UHGV virus genome: UHGV-0139916
Length of the DNA stretch: 23,030 bases
DNA from: a virus
Reading direction: 5' to 3' (one strand)
Of this stretch, positions 21,660 to 23,030 are shown one piece after another. Position numbers and translations under genes: made by a program. Every line of letters begins with the position of its first letter. The stretch's first letter is position 1. Under the pieces are notes generated by a model. That model was not told the DNA's origin and did no database searches. It was given only the letters and a program-made list of their open reading frames with translations.

Positions 21660-22793
21660 TTATTTGTTAAGAGCTAAGACATCTTTTCTGAAATTTTCAT
21701 GATCTCCATCCAGAAGAAATTGTGCAAGGGATTTGAATTTGTTATAAATCAAGTCAAAATTAATAAGGTCTGAATGTGCAGCTAATGACTTATACATCAT
21801 TTTGAAAAAAAATCTTTTATCATTGTCTGGCACTTTTTTGTTTTTTTCAATGGCAGCTAGATGTTCAATGCAAATAACAACCCAAGCACTAAACATCTTT
21901 ACTTTTTCATTGGTTTGTTTTTTGGATATTAAAATGTAATTTAATCCGCATTGTAAAACAAAAATTCTATTTTCTACTGGGAAACTAACTTTAGAAAGAT
22001 GTTGTTGATCGTGCCCGTTAAGAATATAATACTCCTTATCTGATAAAACTGAAACTGTATTAGATACGGTTAATGCATGACATGAAAAAATCATGTCTTC
22101 GTAAACAGGTATTGATGGGTTGAATAAAACCCCATTATTAATAAGCAATTCTCGCTTAAATAACTTGAAAATTTTCAGTGATCTGAATAAATGATTTTTG
22201 ATAATATCTGCTTTGTTAGCATTTTTTCTGAATGCCCGCACGGGTACTCCTCGCCCTGTAGATGATGCTTGCTTAAAATATACAATATCGCTATTATTTT
22301 TATCTGCAATATGCAGCCCATCATAAAGTAACTCTGAATGAATTGCATCATCTGAATCTAGAAAGAAAACATAACGTCCTTTGGCTGCTTTTATTCCTTC
22401 ATTGCGTGGAGCTGAAGCATTTCCGGAGGGGATTTCCCTGCGAATTACACGCCGGTTTATATCCGGTGCAATAAAATACTCAATTGCTGCAACACTTTTA
22501 TCTGTTGAACCATCATCAATAAAAATCACTTCAAATCTGTTTTTATCTAGCGTTTGTGAATTAATAGACTTAATACATTCAATAATTAAGTTTTCTCTGT
22601 TATGAACAGGTATTATAATTGAAATGTCAAACTTATTATTTGAATCAATAGTATGTATAACATTTTTTATTTTATATAAGGCTGAATGGATGGCTATATC
22701 TAAAATAGCTTCAGATATAATGTTTTCTTTTTTAATGTTGCCTTTTATGTTAAAATATAAACAATTAGTACGAAGAACAAAATCCACGCTCAT
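21660..22793 (-). CDS. family-2 (GT-A) glycosyltransferase (377 aa from ATG 22793), AT-rich
   Basis: Motifs SIIIPVHNRENLIIECIKSINSQT, FIDDGSTDKS and FFLDSDD (DXD-type). No C-terminal TM segments, so not GtrB-like. The ATG abuts a tetranucleotide repeat and there is no Shine-Dalgarno sequence. Confidence 0.85.
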   Translation of the reverse strand: MSVDFVLRTNCLYFNIKGNIKKENIISEAILDIAIHSALYKIKNVIHTIDSNNKFDISIIIPVHNRENLIIECIKSINSQTLDKNRFEVIFIDDGSTDKSVAAIEYFIAPDINRRVIRREIPSGNASAPRNEGIKAAKGRYVFFLDSDDAIHSELLYDGLHIADKNNSDIVYFKQASSTGRGVPVRAFRKNANKADIIKNHLFRSLKIFKLFKRELLINNGVLFNPSIPVYEDMIFSCHALTVSNTVSVLSDKEYYILNGHDQQHLSKVSFPVENRIFVLQCGLNYILISKKQTNEKVKMFSAWVVICIEHLAAIEKNKKVPDNDKRFFFKMMYKSLAAHSDLINFDLIYNKFKSLAQFLLDGDHENFRKDVLALNK

Positions 22794-22980
22794 GGCTGGC
22801 TGGCTGGCTGGCTGGCCGGCTGGCTGTGAAATCTAATGCAAATTTTACCCCTTTATATTCGAAGTCAATAACGAAGCAGTTCTCATTGTATAACCATGTT
22901 TTTTTTATGTGATCACGCAGTGTTGTTTTCTCAAAGAACTCAACTATATTTTCAGAAATAGCAGTAATATCAGTTTTCAT
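22765..22980 (-). CDS. 5' reading-frame segment (71 aa) that runs through the repeat tract and stops 9 codons later; probable out-of-frame N-terminal part of the glycosyltransferase gene
   Basis: ATG at 22980 with GAGGT 6 nt upstream. Translation ...DFTASRPASQPASHERGFCSSY, where ASRPASQPAS is encoded by the repeat. Its frame is offset from the glycosyltransferase ORF so that removing one 4-nt unit would fuse them. Confidence 0.4.
   Translation of the reverse strand: MKTDITAISENIVEFFEKTTLRDHIKKTWLYNENCFVIDFEYKGVKFALDFTASRPASQPASHERGFCSSY
22794..22825. repeat. tetranucleotide repeat tract (GGCT)5-GGCC-(GGCT)2 on the plus strand, i.e. (AGCC)n on the coding strand
   Basis: Direct reading of 22794-22825: eight tandem 4-nt units, one of them a GGCC variant, ending immediately 5' of the glycosyltransferase ATG on the minus strand. 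Confidence 0.95.
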
Positions 22981-23030
22981 TGTACAACCTCTATTGTTAG
23001 CAATGTTTATTGGTATTCAAAAATAAGGCG

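Noticed and set aside
22794-22825. Possibility that the GGCT repeat is a CRISPR array or a satellite
   Set aside because: Units are 4 nt with no spacers, and the tract lies at a gene 5' end; this is a simple sequence repeat, not a CRISPR.
22624-22836. Plus-strand 70-aa ORF spanning the repeat (…LMAGWLAGWPAGCEI)
   Set aside because: It is antisense to the glycosyltransferase 5' region and its repeat-encoded C-terminus is a by-product of the tetranucleotide tract.

Overview
This window is the late (lysis-to-tail) region of a P22-like podovirus prophage of an enterobacterial host, carrying an IS100-like insertion and a low-GC accessory region at its right end. Gene identities come from reading the ORF translations against remembered protein families; no database search was run. 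Left to right: the 3' end of the lysis cassette (Rz with embedded Rz1), a small gene whose 3' end is cut by a 1954-bp IS21-family (IS100-like) element with an in-frame stop in istB, then small and large terminase, portal, scaffold, coat, and the P22 gp4/gp10/gp26/gp14/gp7/gp20/gp16 equivalents in P22 order and near-P22 lengths. After the last ejection gene there is a visibly AT-rich accessory cluster (membrane protein, HExxH protein, small YjzC-like protein, Mnt repressor) where P22 has sieA/immI, but arc and ant are absent. The tailspike has a P22-type head-binding N-terminus joined to an AT-rich receptor-binding domain and a C-terminal self-cleaving chaperone domain. The most interesting signal is at the right edge: a convergently oriented family-2 glycosyltransferase whose start codon abuts a (GGCT)5-GGCC-(GGCT)2 tetranucleotide tract that separates it, out of frame, from an upstream 5' ORF with a good ribosome-binding site. 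This looks like a slipped-strand phase-variable glycan-modification gene sitting next to the phage receptor-binding protein.
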